DNA from: Gammaproteobacteria bacterium
GTDB lineage: Bacteria; Pseudomonadota; Gammaproteobacteria; G965277405
DNA: 64,000 nt
Direction of reading: 5' to 3'
NCBI GenBank assembly: GCA_965277405.1
Contig: OZ255726.1
Location: forward strand, 544,001 to 608,000
Below are positions 41,428-50,980 of this stretch, piece by piece. The notes below the pieces were generated by a model. The model was not told the origin of the DNA and made no database searches. It saw only the letters and a list, made by a program, of their open reading frames with translations. A program made the translations under genes and the position numbers. Positions within the stretch are counted from its first letter, which is position 1. Each line of letters opens with the position of its first letter.

Positions 41428-42533
41428 TACCAAACACGCTGAACATTTTGACCATCCTCTGCAAACACTTGACACGTCATCGGGTTAAAGCCAACTTGAA
41501 TGGAGTCACCTACTGTATATATCGTTCTTGGGCTATCGCGCACCCGTGCAGACAATGTCAGTTTTGCATCAATTTGTACTGTGATAAATTGATAATAGCC
41601 TATATCTTCAAACACCAACACCACTCCAGCAAACCAAACATTTGCATCGGTGTGTTTACTAGATTTAGCAGCAATACAAGTTTGTTCAAAAGGAATGGTC
41701 AAGACCACCCGCTCGTCAATGTTGTGACCGTTGTATACACTGGCTTTTAAGACGGTATCGTTATAACGGGTGTGGATTAACTTTTTTAACCGTCGTGTCA
41801 CCACCACAGGAATGCGGTTCAACTCACTATTCGCAACATAATTTGCAACAAAAAAATTGTTTGGCTGTTGTTGCAACTGTGAAATAGTACCAACCTGCTC
41901 AATGCCGCGTTGGTTGACAATAATTATCCGTTGTGCCAGCCCCAACACATCATCAATATGGCGTGCGGCGTAGACAACGGTCGTTTGTAGCAGCTTGTGC
42001 ACTGTGCTGATGACTTGGCGCAATGTAGCCTTATATACAGCTTCAAGCTGTTGCATCACATCGTCAATCAACAATACCTCAGGGCGCAGTATCAGCATCC
42101 TAGCAATGGCGACACGAATCACTTGCAGGTCAGTGAGCATTTCTGTACATGTATCACGTAAATTTTCAATGCCTATAGCTAATAGCACGGCATCAGCATC
42201 ATCAGATAATCGTTGGTTTTTGCCTATTTTGCCTAAACCCCATACAACATTTTCTACAACACTGCGTTCAGGCAATAATGGGTAATTTTGTTCTATCAAA
42301 CCTACGTTGCGATGCTGCGGCAACCAATGGGTAACGGCTTCGTCGCCAATAAATATATCACCGCTATCTGGCTGTTGTATTCCCGCTATTAGATGAAGTA
42401 GCGTAGTTTTGCCAGAATTTCTTGGGCCAACAATAGCAACACATTCGCCAGCTTTAATTTCGATATTGATGTTCCGTAACGCATGTATACGCGCCAGGTT
42501 TTTATTGAGATCAATGCAAACGAGTTGTTTCAT
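41427..42533 (-). CDS. MalK/PotA-like ABC ATP-binding protein with degenerate motifs
   Basis: Walker A GPRNSGKT, PQHRNVG, Walker B LLIDD, C-terminal TOBE-like region. Confidence 0.8.
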   Translation of the reverse strand: MKQLVCIDLNKNLARIHALRNINIEIKAGECVAIVGPRNSGKTTLLHLIAGIQQPDSGDIFIGDEAVTHWLPQHRNVGLIEQNYPLLPERSVVENVVWGLGKIGKNQRLSDDADAVLLAIGIENLRDTCTEMLTDLQVIRVAIARMLILRPEVLLIDDVMQQLEAVYKATLRQVISTVHKLLQTTVVYAARHIDDVLGLAQRIIIVNQRGIEQVGTISQLQQQPNNFFVANYVANSELNRIPVVVTRRLKKLIHTRYNDTVLKASVYNGHNIDERVVLTIPFEQTCIAAKSSKHTDANVWFAGVVLVFEDIGYYQFITVQIDAKLTLSARVRDSPRTIYTVGDSIQVGFNPMTCQVFAEDGQNVQRVW

Positions 42534-42535
42534 AA

Positions 42536-42900
42536 GGAATCTCTAAGGAACCTCTGATTAAGTCGCTGATGGAGCGAGTTTGCCTGTAATTGCTGATGAT
42601 TGCAAGGCGCAAACCGCATGCCGTAGCATATACGCCAAGGGATGCAACACAGCAAGTACCGCTTGTAGGCAAACCATCATATATTCAATAGAAGGCCGGG
42701 AAAAAACGCTGCGCTAACGTCGTTGCAGCACTTGATAATACCACCAGTATTATCTGCGCACTGCGTCTAGTTATCATCAGCGTTTTTTCTCCGTCTCGCC
42801 CATCATGGACTTAATCAGAGCTTCCATAATCAAGTCCGTAAAGAGCGATACGTAACAATACTACAAGTAGCGCGCTTGCGACAAGTTATTCAGAGCGTCC
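42536..42900. mobile_element. Older short (~80-bp) degenerate MITE interrupted by a younger MITE
   Basis: ggaatctctaa | insert | ataatcaagtccgtaaagagcgatacgta...agttattcagagcgtcc. Confidence 0.65.
42547..42825. mobile_element. IS5-family MITE (279 bp)
   Basis: ggaacctctgattaagtc...gacttaatcagagcttcc; flanks CTAA/ATAA. Confidence 0.93.
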
Positions 42901-42914
42901 GTGCTAACATCAAC

Positions 42915-42991
42915 TGGTCGGGGCAGCAGGATTCGAACCTACGACCCCCTGCTCCCAAAGCAGGTGCGCTACCAAGCTGCGCTATACCCCG
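42915..42991 (-). tRNA. tRNA-Pro (TGG)
   Basis: CGGGGTATAGCGCAGCTTGGTAGCGCACCTGCTTTGGGAGCAGGGGGTCGTAGGTTCGAATCCTGCTGCCCCGACCA folds as a cloverleaf with anticodon TGG and encoded CCA. Confidence 0.97.
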
Positions 42992-43027
42992 AAATGCCGT
43001 TTGATAGTAAATTGATGATGGTATCTG

Positions 43028-44287
43028 TCAAGCCATATTATTAATGATAGCTTTACCAAACGCAGCAGTAGAAACTTCAGTTGCATTATCCATTAACCGC
43101 GCAAAGTCATACGTCACTATTTTTGCAGAGATAGTCGTTTCGACTGCATTGATAACCAACTGCGCCGCTGCGTGCCAACCAATATGGCGCAACATCATTT
43201 CAGCTGACAAAATTAACGAGCAAGGATTTACTTTATCAAGACCTGCATATTTTGGCGCAGTCCCGTGCGTTGCTTCAAACAAACCAACTTCATTGCCGAT
43301 GTTTGCTCCAGGGGCAATCCCAATGCCACCAACTTGGGCTGCGAGCGCATCTGAAATATAATCACCATTGAGGTTCATACAAGCAATAACTGAATATTCT
43401 TTTGGGCGTAATAAAATTTGTTGTAAAAAAGCGTCGGCAATAACATCGTTGACAATGATTTCTTTCCCGGTTTTTGGATTGTTAAACGACAACCATGGGC
43501 CACCATCTATTTGTTGCGCTGCGTATTCATCACGAATGAGTTGATAGCCCCACGCGGCAAACGCACCTTCAGTAAACTTCATAATATTGCCTTTGTGGAC
43601 AAGCGTTAAAGTCGGTAAGTCTTGGTCTATAGTGTATTCAACCGCTGCACGCACCAACCGATATGTGCCTTGTTTGGACGTCGTCTTGATGCCAATCCCA
43701 ACATCGCTGGTAAAGCGAATATTCTGCACACCCATTGTTCCTGTCAAAAAATCGACAACTTGCTGGGCTTCTTTACTGCCTGCTTCCCATTCTACACCAG
43801 CATAAATGTCCTCAGAATTTTCGCGGAAAATGCACATGTCCACATTGTTTGGCTCGCGCACTGGACTTGGGACCCCTTGAAACCAACGCACGGGTCGCTG
43901 ACAAACATACAAATCAAGCTGCTGGCGCAAGGCAACATTTAATGAACGAATTCCGCCACCGATTGGCGTGGTCAACGGACCTTTAATACCAACCTTATAT
44001 TGCTGCAATGCTGTGAGTGTTTCTGCTGGCAGCCATTCGTCGCTACCATACAACCGTGTTGATTTTTCGCCTGCATAAATTTCTAACCAATGAATTTTCT
44101 TACACCCATTATAGGATTTTTCAACCGCAGCATTGACAACATCCAGCATGACTGGGGTAATGTCTACACCAATACCGTCGCCCTCAATATACGTGATAAT
44201 CGGCTCATCTGGCGTCTGCACCAATCCATTTTGACCAATGGTAATTGGAGTACCGCTTGTTGGCGTTTTGATGTGTTGATATGGCAT
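43028..44287 (-). CDS. icd: NADP-dependent isocitrate dehydrogenase (dimeric)
   Basis: [47 protein letters not shown]. Confidence 0.97.
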   Translation of the reverse strand: MPYQHIKTPTSGTPITIGQNGLVQTPDEPIITYIEGDGIGVDITPVMLDVVNAAVEKSYNGCKKIHWLEIYAGEKSTRLYGSDEWLPAETLTALQQYKVGIKGPLTTPIGGGIRSLNVALRQQLDLYVCQRPVRWFQGVPSPVREPNNVDMCIFRENSEDIYAGVEWEAGSKEAQQVVDFLTGTMGVQNIRFTSDVGIGIKTTSKQGTYRLVRAAVEYTIDQDLPTLTLVHKGNIMKFTEGAFAAWGYQLIRDEYAAQQIDGGPWLSFNNPKTGKEIIVNDVIADAFLQQILLRPKEYSVIACMNLNGDYISDALAAQVGGIGIAPGANIGNEVGLFEATHGTAPKYAGLDKVNPCSLILSAEMMLRHIGWHAAAQLVINAVETTISAKIVTYDFARLMDNATEVSTAAFGKAIINNMA

Positions 44288-44515
44288 TTAGGATCCTGGG
44301 TGGATAATCAAATTATAGCTGCTGCGCATACTATAAAACTGATTGAGAGGATGCAAACAATGCGTGGGAGTTTTATGCACATTCTAGCCAAAACAATTTA
44401 GCTAGCCAAAACAATTTAGCCACTAATGTTTTCCGCATGCATTGCAATTACGTTGGAGAACGACGTCAATACACATTCGCGGCAAAACACACATTCCCTA
44501 TTTGCAGCTAGTCAA

Positions 44516-45526
44516 TCAATTGGATGCTTGAGATGTATTGTTGTAGATTACAGTGACAACTTGGCTTGCTGATATCGCTTGTAAATCATCACCATGACTA
44601 TTGATTACGATACTTGCCCGACCAAGCGGTCGCCAGCGCCCTGGATGAATTGGTCGGCGCGCTGCAAATAAACCAAACGTTTTGGTATTACAGGCGCCGG
44701 CAATATGCAAAGGTCCAGTACTGGCGGCAAGCACACCATCGACTTGCTGAATAGCCAAGTGCAATTGTGCGAGGCTCATGCTGCCCATGGCGTTGTATAT
44801 TCGTTGTGGAAATTGTTGGCATAAATTATCGACAACACCTTTAACTTGATGGTATTCGTTGCTTTTGCCTGTAAACATAAACGCTATCTTGGTTGCCTGC
44901 TCGCAGACGCTAGCAAAACGTTTGATTGGCCATTCGCTACCACTGCCAGCGGACTTTGGGTGAATAATGTACACAGGCAAGCGCGTCGCTTGCAAGAACA
45001 ACACCAGCGACTTTGGCAACTGCACAGTTGCTGGCAGCCATTGAATATTATCAGCCGCTATAGTTAAGTCTGGAGGCACAAAGATATTGTTGGCAATGTT
45101 TAGCTTTTGGAGTAATCCATAACCGAGTTGGCAATTGAGTTGCGCTTCATGCAGGTCTGACTTCACCCGTGACATCGCTACTTGCACATTACAATGCCAC
45201 CAGTGAAATATGCGCCGATTGACACCAACTCGGTATTTGATGCCTGCCTGACGCGCCCACTGAGCTATTTGTTTGTTTGGGAACACATGAATAATCGCAT
45301 CAAATTTGCTCAACCATGCGCTACGCTGTGGTGGAGGATATGCGCTCAACGTTTCTAATGTAATCAACCCTGCCACATTCGCTACACGCGCAACGATTGG
45401 TTTGGTGTATGCGCGGATTAAAAAATAAATCGCTGCGTCTGGTAGCGCGTTATGCAGATACGCAACCATTGGCAGGGTCAACACGACATCGCCAATGGCA
45501 TCTGTTCTGCTGAGGAGAATCTTCAT
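44516..45526 (-). CDS. GT9 (heptosyltransferase-like) glycosyltransferase
   Basis: RTDAIGDVVLTLP, STGPLHIAGA. Confidence 0.88.
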   Translation of the reverse strand: MKILLSRTDAIGDVVLTLPMVAYLHNALPDAAIYFLIRAYTKPIVARVANVAGLITLETLSAYPPPQRSAWLSKFDAIIHVFPNKQIAQWARQAGIKYRVGVNRRIFHWWHCNVQVAMSRVKSDLHEAQLNCQLGYGLLQKLNIANNIFVPPDLTIAADNIQWLPATVQLPKSLVLFLQATRLPVYIIHPKSAGSGSEWPIKRFASVCEQATKIAFMFTGKSNEYHQVKGVVDNLCQQFPQRIYNAMGSMSLAQLHLAIQQVDGVLAASTGPLHIAGACNTKTFGLFAARRPIHPGRWRPLGRASIVINSHGDDLQAISASQVVTVIYNNTSQASN

Positions 45527-45558
45527 ACAGATGTCATCCGCTTACTACAGCACTGGAG

Positions 45559-46704
45559 TCAACTGCTGCGCCACAGACAATCAATATCAATTTGATCGAC
45601 TGCTGTCTTGCCGCAAAACCCCATCGTGACATCGAGTTCGTTACGAATTAGTGCAAGCGCGATGTCTACACCAGCCTCACCCATCGCACCAAGACCATAC
45701 AACATAGCTCTGCCGATATAGGTTGCATGCGCACCAAGCGCCAACGCCTTGCAAACGTTTTGCCCAGAGATAATTCCGCTATCTATATGGACTTCTACTT
45801 TACTGCCAACTGCCGCAACTATTGCTGCTAATACGTCAATCGTCGCTGGCGCACCATCGAGTTGTCTACCACCATGGTTGGAGACGACTATCGCATCAGC
45901 ACCTACATCAACGGCTAGTTGAGCATCGCGGGGGTCGAGGATGCCTTTGAGAATAAGCTTACCGCCCCATTTTTTTTTAATCCACGCAATATGGTCCCAA
46001 CTTAGCGATGGGTCAAATTGCTGCGCAGTCCATTTGCTGAGAGACGATACATTGTCAACACCAGTAACGTGACCAACAATGTTGCCAAAACTACGGTTGT
46101 TTGTTTGCAGCATATTCCAGCACCAACGCGGTTTACTTGCTAGGTTGACCATGTTAGTAATCGTCAGTTTTGGTGGGGTTGATAAACCATTTTTGATATC
46201 TTTATGGCGTTGCCCTAGCACCTGCAAATCTAGCGTAACCATCAGCACAGAACAATGTTGCTGGGCACGAGCGATCAAGCGTTCGTTAAAATCACGGTCG
46301 CGCATCATGTACAACTGAAACCAAAACGGATGGTTGTCTGTTGCTGCTGCCACAGCTTCTAGCGAACAAATACTCATCGTTGATAATGTAAAGGGCACTC
46401 CAAAGCGTTTGGCGGCACGTGCTGCATGAATCTCGCCATCTGCGTGTTGCATCCCTGTCAACCCGGTCGGGGCGATTGCCACTGGCATTGTCACAGGTTC
46501 ACCGAGCATCGTTGCTGCAGTCGAGCGCTGTGCAATATCAACACCAACCCGTTGGCAGAATTTGATGTTGCGATATGCCTGATAATTATCGGCATAGGTT
46601 ATTTCATCCCAACTACCAGCATCGGCATAGTCATAAAACATTCGTGGGACGCGGCGTTTTGCCATCAGGCGCAGATCTTCTATGTTGGTAATGATTGGCT
46701 TCAT
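45559..46704 (-). CDS. lldD: FMN-dependent alpha-hydroxy acid (L-lactate) dehydrogenase
   Basis: FYDYADAG, APTGLTGM, WFQLY, VSNHGGRQLDG. Confidence 0.9.
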   Translation of the reverse strand: MKPIITNIEDLRLMAKRRVPRMFYDYADAGSWDEITYADNYQAYRNIKFCQRVGVDIAQRSTAATMLGEPVTMPVAIAPTGLTGMQHADGEIHAARAAKRFGVPFTLSTMSICSLEAVAAATDNHPFWFQLYMMRDRDFNERLIARAQQHCSVLMVTLDLQVLGQRHKDIKNGLSTPPKLTITNMVNLASKPRWCWNMLQTNNRSFGNIVGHVTGVDNVSSLSKWTAQQFDPSLSWDHIAWIKKKWGGKLILKGILDPRDAQLAVDVGADAIVVSNHGGRQLDGAPATIDVLAAIVAAVGSKVEVHIDSGIISGQNVCKALALGAHATYIGRAMLYGLGAMGEAGVDIALALIRNELDVTMGFCGKTAVDQIDIDCLWRSS

Positions 46705-46785
46705 AACAGGGAAAGTTTAATGACAACACCGCAATACTACTGCATGAGTAATTGATGTGCTGGTGTTTAGGCAACCTCTGCTTAA

Positions 46786-46837
46786 GGAAGTTCTAATTAA
46801 TTCCATGATGGGCGAGACGGACTTAATCAGAGTGTCC
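46786..46837. mobile_element. 52-bp mini-MITE next to an older TIR remnant (46771-46785)
   Basis: ggaagttctaattaattccatgatgggcgagacggacttaatcagagtgtcc; flanks TTAA/CTAA; near-identical to 52865-52916. Confidence 0.85.
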
Positions 46838-47954
46838 CTAAACTGTGAATATTTCCAGCCTTAGCAATGCATTCAGTAAATTCTGCATTGGCTTGCGAGT
46901 CAATAATAATCCCTGAGCCAATATGGTAGCGTAGTTGTTGTTGTCGAGCAATCAGTGTGCGGATGGCAACGTTAAACTGCATTTGCCGGTTTGGTGCAAT
47001 ATAGCCAATACTGCCAGTATACACCCCACGGGGTTGTTGCTCGTGTTCGTGGATAATCTCCATCGCCTTGTTTTTTGGTGCGCCGGTAATTGATGCGGCA
47101 GGGAATAACGCGGTAAAAATATCGACGACGCCAGCATCAGTCAATGTAGAAACAGTAGAAGTGAGTTGCCAGAGGCTTGGGTATTTTTCAAGCGTAAAGA
47201 GCGCGTCAACAACAACTCGATCTTGGCTGATCTTGCTGAGGTCGTTGCGTACCATGTCGACAATCATCACATTTTCCGCACGGTTTTTTATTGAGTGTTG
47301 CAGTTTATCTGCCAGATCCATGTCTTCTGCGTGGCAGCGGCCTCGTTTGCTGGTGCCTTTCATCGGTTGAGAATAAATATGTCTACCGTTGAGGCTGAAA
47401 AATAGTTCTGGCGAATTGCAACAAATTTGCATTGCTCCTGTGTCAATATAGGCGCTAAAATTTGCGGGGTGCTGGACTGCCAATTCCAAAAATATTTGCC
47501 ATATATCATGTTGCCGTTGGTGTTGCTGGGCCAGTAGGAAGGTGTAATTGATTTGATAACAGTCGCCTTGGAGGATTCGCTGCTGAATAGATGCAATCTG
47601 CTTGCAGTATTGTTGCTCAGTTACCGACGCACAGAATTCTGCTAATGCTGGGCGCTGTTGTATCGGCGGCAGTGCGTCCAGAATGATTGGTGGCGGATAC
47701 AGTGAAAACCAAAGTTTGGGGAAATCACTATCATGAACAACCAGGCGCGAGTCGAATGCTGGCGCCGCTTCATAACTGACCCAACCAACTGCATAGGCAT
47801 TGTGGCAGTTTACATAGTCCTCCACTGCAGTTAATGCTTTGGGTATATCTTTGCAATCGTCGCTGCTGACAATGTGCAATGCTGCGGTAAAAGCCCACCA
47901 TTTCTGTGTCGAATGATGATACAACACTGCACTATATGGCGCACTACTCTTCAT
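46827..47954 (-). CDS. pabB: Aminodeoxychorismate synthase component I (short form)
   Basis: GDCYQINYT, SPELFF, PMKGT, KNRAENVMIVDMVRND, SITGAPK, FNVAIRT. Confidence 0.9.
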   Translation of the reverse strand: MKSSAPYSAVLYHHSTQKWWAFTAALHIVSSDDCKDIPKALTAVEDYVNCHNAYAVGWVSYEAAPAFDSRLVVHDSDFPKLWFSLYPPPIILDALPPIQQRPALAEFCASVTEQQYCKQIASIQQRILQGDCYQINYTFLLAQQHQRQHDIWQIFLELAVQHPANFSAYIDTGAMQICCNSPELFFSLNGRHIYSQPMKGTSKRGRCHAEDMDLADKLQHSIKNRAENVMIVDMVRNDLSKISQDRVVVDALFTLEKYPSLWQLTSTVSTLTDAGVVDIFTALFPAASITGAPKNKAMEIIHEHEQQPRGVYTGSIGYIAPNRQMQFNVAIRTLIARQQQLRYHIGSGIIIDSQANAEFTECIAKAGNIHSLGTL

Positions 47955-47959
47955 ATTGC

Positions 47960-48430
47960 ATGAACACAATTACAGCACTCTCTCAACACCTGACCGCCAC
48001 ACAAGCCATGTTGTGCACGGCAGAATCTTGCACTGGGGGGATGGTTGCCGCAGCTTGTACTGATGTTCCTGGCAGTTCTGCATGGTTTTGGGGTGGGTTT
48101 GTTGTGTATAACAACGCAGCAAAAATTCATTTAGGAATTGATCCAAATATTCTTTTAGAACATGGCGCTGTGAGTGATGCTTGCGTGCAGGCCCTTGCTG
48201 ATGCTGCACAAATTAGCAGCAATGCGCATGTCTGTGTTGCAATTAGCGGCATTGCTGGTCCTGATGGAGGCTCTGTGATCAAGCCGGTGGGCACTGTCTA
48301 TTTCGGTTGGACGATTGGCACGCAAATACATAGTGAGCATCAGCGTTTTTCAGGCAACAGGTATCAGGTGCGTCAACAAGCAACACATTTTGCAATCGCA
48401 AAGACCCTAGCATTATTGCTAGAGCATTGA
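47960..48430 (+). CDS. cinA: CinA C-terminal domain / NMN deamidase PncC family
   Basis: TAESCTGG, PGSSAWF, HGAVS, SGIAGPDGG, KPVGTV. Confidence 0.9.
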   Translation: MNTITALSQHLTATQAMLCTAESCTGGMVAAACTDVPGSSAWFWGGFVVYNNAAKIHLGIDPNILLEHGAVSDACVQALADAAQISSNAHVCVAISGIAGPDGGSVIKPVGTVYFGWTIGTQIHSEHQRFSGNRYQVRQQATHFAIAKTLALLLEH

Positions 48431-48476
48431 CCCAGCACTGCTAATTTGCTGAAGCTGCGACTGAATCAGAATTTTT

Positions 48477-49574
48477 CTAATGTTCTTCGAGCTCACCGCC
48501 GTAACCGATTGGCTCATACATCAAAAAGCTCACTTCAATATTGTTTAGCTGATCAATTGTTAATAACTCTAATGTTACAGAAAGCGGCAATGTGCTATTG
48601 CCAGCGACGACTTTTTCTGGCAATGACTCCGCATATTGCTGTGGAACAATCAGTTTTGGGGTTTCGTCTGCTGCTATTTTTAAGAACAATAACGGTAGCG
48701 TTTGTGCAAACGCAGCATCGTTGCGCAACTGCCACTGTATCGTTAATAAATTCCCGTCTTGGCTGGTTATGAATTCATCGATATGCAGGGTTTCCTTATC
48801 TATAAATAATGGCAATTCACATTGAATAATCGTGCAGAGAATTTCATAACTATGCCGATACGCAGCGACGCTTGCATATGTCACCCGCGTTGCCAGCATT
48901 CCTTGAATAAGGAGTAACACGACTAATGCAACTCCACTAATAATAAATGGAATTTTTGAAAATTTTTTATGTGTGTTGATAGGGGAAGATGGCGTTGAGT
49001 TTTTCTTGCTTGATCTAAAGTCAAACCTGCTGCGCCCTTTGAGATTTTTTGCAGTAGTTTGCGCAAGATCAGCAACTACTTGTTCGTCATCTGTATATTC
49101 CTGTGCGGGGTTGTTTGCTACTATAGGTGACTCACCCATATGGAGCGATTGATGTTGTTGGCGGTCCTGTGGATCGATAGTAAATGTGCTGGTTGGCTTT
49201 GGATGGCGTGAGGAGCTGGTTGGTGTTGGCGAATTCTCAAACTCTGTAGCGTTATCAATGCTACCTTTTGGTTGCGCTGCAGCTGGTTGTAAGTTTAGCA
49301 GCGGTTCTTCAGGTTTTTGTTCATTAGCCGCTGCATAACTAAATTGCAACTTATCATCAAAACGTTGCCCAGCGTATTCGGCGCTTTCCACAGGTGCATC
49401 TTGCTGCTTTTTACTCTTCCAGAATCCTTTGAGTAAATGTGACGGCGCGTAGAATACTTCTTGGCAATTGCCGCATTGAATATAACCATCAGCCGCTTCT
49501 AAGTGCTGTTGTTGTAATGGCAGTTTTGCCGAGCACTTTGGGCATAATGCGACAAAAGATTTAGGCTGTTCCAT
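48477..49574 (-). CDS. Zinc-ribbon + DUF3426 membrane protein
   Basis: N-terminal CPKC..CGNC, low-complexity linker, TM helix, C-x4-C-x-LP then LRNDAAFAQTLP; this gene usually lies near accC. Confidence 0.8.
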   Translation of the reverse strand: MEQPKSFVALCPKCSAKLPLQQQHLEAADGYIQCGNCQEVFYAPSHLLKGFWKSKKQQDAPVESAEYAGQRFDDKLQFSYAAANEQKPEEPLLNLQPAAAQPKGSIDNATEFENSPTPTSSSRHPKPTSTFTIDPQDRQQHQSLHMGESPIVANNPAQEYTDDEQVVADLAQTTAKNLKGRSRFDFRSSKKNSTPSSPINTHKKFSKIPFIISGVALVVLLLIQGMLATRVTYASVAAYRHSYEILCTIIQCELPLFIDKETLHIDEFITSQDGNLLTIQWQLRNDAAFAQTLPLLFLKIAADETPKLIVPQQYAESLPEKVVAGNSTLPLSVTLELLTIDQLNNIEVSFLMYEPIGYGGELEEH

Positions 49575-49743
49575 ACAGTAGTTGCTATAGTAGTTAATAG
49601 ATGGGTTGAGTTGTATTCAGCCAATCATACCCTTGTTGCAATATTTGTGGTTGTGTTTTTGTGATTCCTATTATCGCAACACGACTGCTACTATAACTCA
49701 ATACTTAACTCAATACTTTGATGGTTGGCGCGAGTTGTGCTAA

Positions 49744-50972
49744 GGAATCTCTGATTAAGTCCCAAACAACAGCAATATCAGCTACAAAGATATACAATGG
49801 TGAATCTATTTGAATATTTGAATAAGCGGATAATCTTATGAAACAAACAACTTTTGCCAGTGCTGCATACGACCACAAGAAAGTAACAACGAAACCAAAA
49901 AAAATTCTTGCAGTCGATGGACAAATTAGCTCCATGGCAACGGTTGTTAGCGTTAATAGAACCGCATTATCCCAAGAAAGGGAATGGCCCGCCCACCAAT
50001 TAATATGCAGACCATGTTACGCGTTTATTGTTTACAGCAATGGTACAACTTATCAGACCCAGGGGTAGAAGAAGCACTATATGACATGGAAAGCATGCGG
50101 CGTTTTGCCCATATAGAGCTGATAGACGATGCCATCCCTGATGAAACTACCATCTTGAACTTCCGCAGGATCATAGAAAAGCATCAACTCAGCGTCAAGA
50201 TACTTGCTGTGGTGAATGAGTATTGTATGGAAAATAATATAACAATCTCACAAGGGTCGATGGTTGATGCCACGATCATCCATGCACCATCATCTACGAA
50301 GAATAAAGAGAAAGCCCGTGATCCTGAAATGCATCAAACAAGGAAAGGCAATCAGTGGTATTTTGGCATGAAGATTCATATAGGAACTGACGCTAATAGC
50401 AATATGATTCATAGCGCGACAGTGACAGCCGCGAATGAAGCGGACATCAATGAACTCCCCAAATTGCTGCGTGAAACAGATAAGGTTATCTTTGCCGATG
50501 CAGGATATACGAGCGACAGTTATAAACGCGGCTCGCGTCACCTTGGGATAGATTGGCGCGTGAATGATAAACGTAAACCAAAGCAGCAAATGAGCACCTC
50601 GCAGCGCCAACGCAATACACAGAACTCTAAGGTGCGCGCCCGGATTGAGCACTGTTTTCGGGTAATCAAATGTCAGTTTGGTTATAAGAAAGCTCGCTAC
50701 AAAGGACTAGAAAAGAATCGAGTACAAGTATTTTCTTTGCTGGCATTGACGAACTTATACATGCTGCGCGGACGACTAACAGGATAGAACCGCCCAAAAT
50801 TCAAGAAAAACAGTAAAAAACAATAAAAACAATAAAAACAGTAAAAAACAGTAAAACAGCAACACGAAGATCAGCGAAATGATCAAATATTGACCATTGA
50901 AAATTATTGCTATTATTTTTTTGGAGTATATGCGAGTTATTGGAGTATATGAGCGTCTTAATCAGAGCTTCC
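49744..50972 (+). mobile_element. IS5-family insertion sequence (1229 bp), CTAA target duplication
   Basis: TIRs ggaatctctgattaag / cttaatcagagcttcc; CTAA at 49740-49743 and 50973-50976; DDE transposase inside. Confidence 0.95.
49838..50787 (+). pseudogene. IS5 transposase with two +1 frameshifts
   Basis: MKQTTFAS..., then FLQSMDKLAPWQRLLALIEPHYPKKGNG in a second frame, then RPPINMQTMLR..VDATII..FGMKIHIG..ADAGY..RARIEH in a third; extra bases at the A8 run 49897-49904 and CCC 49988-49990. Confidence 0.85.
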
Positions 50973-50980
50973 CTAAGGAA

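Noticed and set aside
42901-42991. tRNA-Pro as a prophage or island attachment site
   Set aside because: No integrase and no duplicated tRNA 3' end seen in the window; only MITEs lie next to it.
49897-49904. Programmed frameshift at A8 producing the full transposase
   Set aside because: The shift needed is +1, and a second independent shift is required ~85 bp later, so mutation or sequencing error is more parsimonious.
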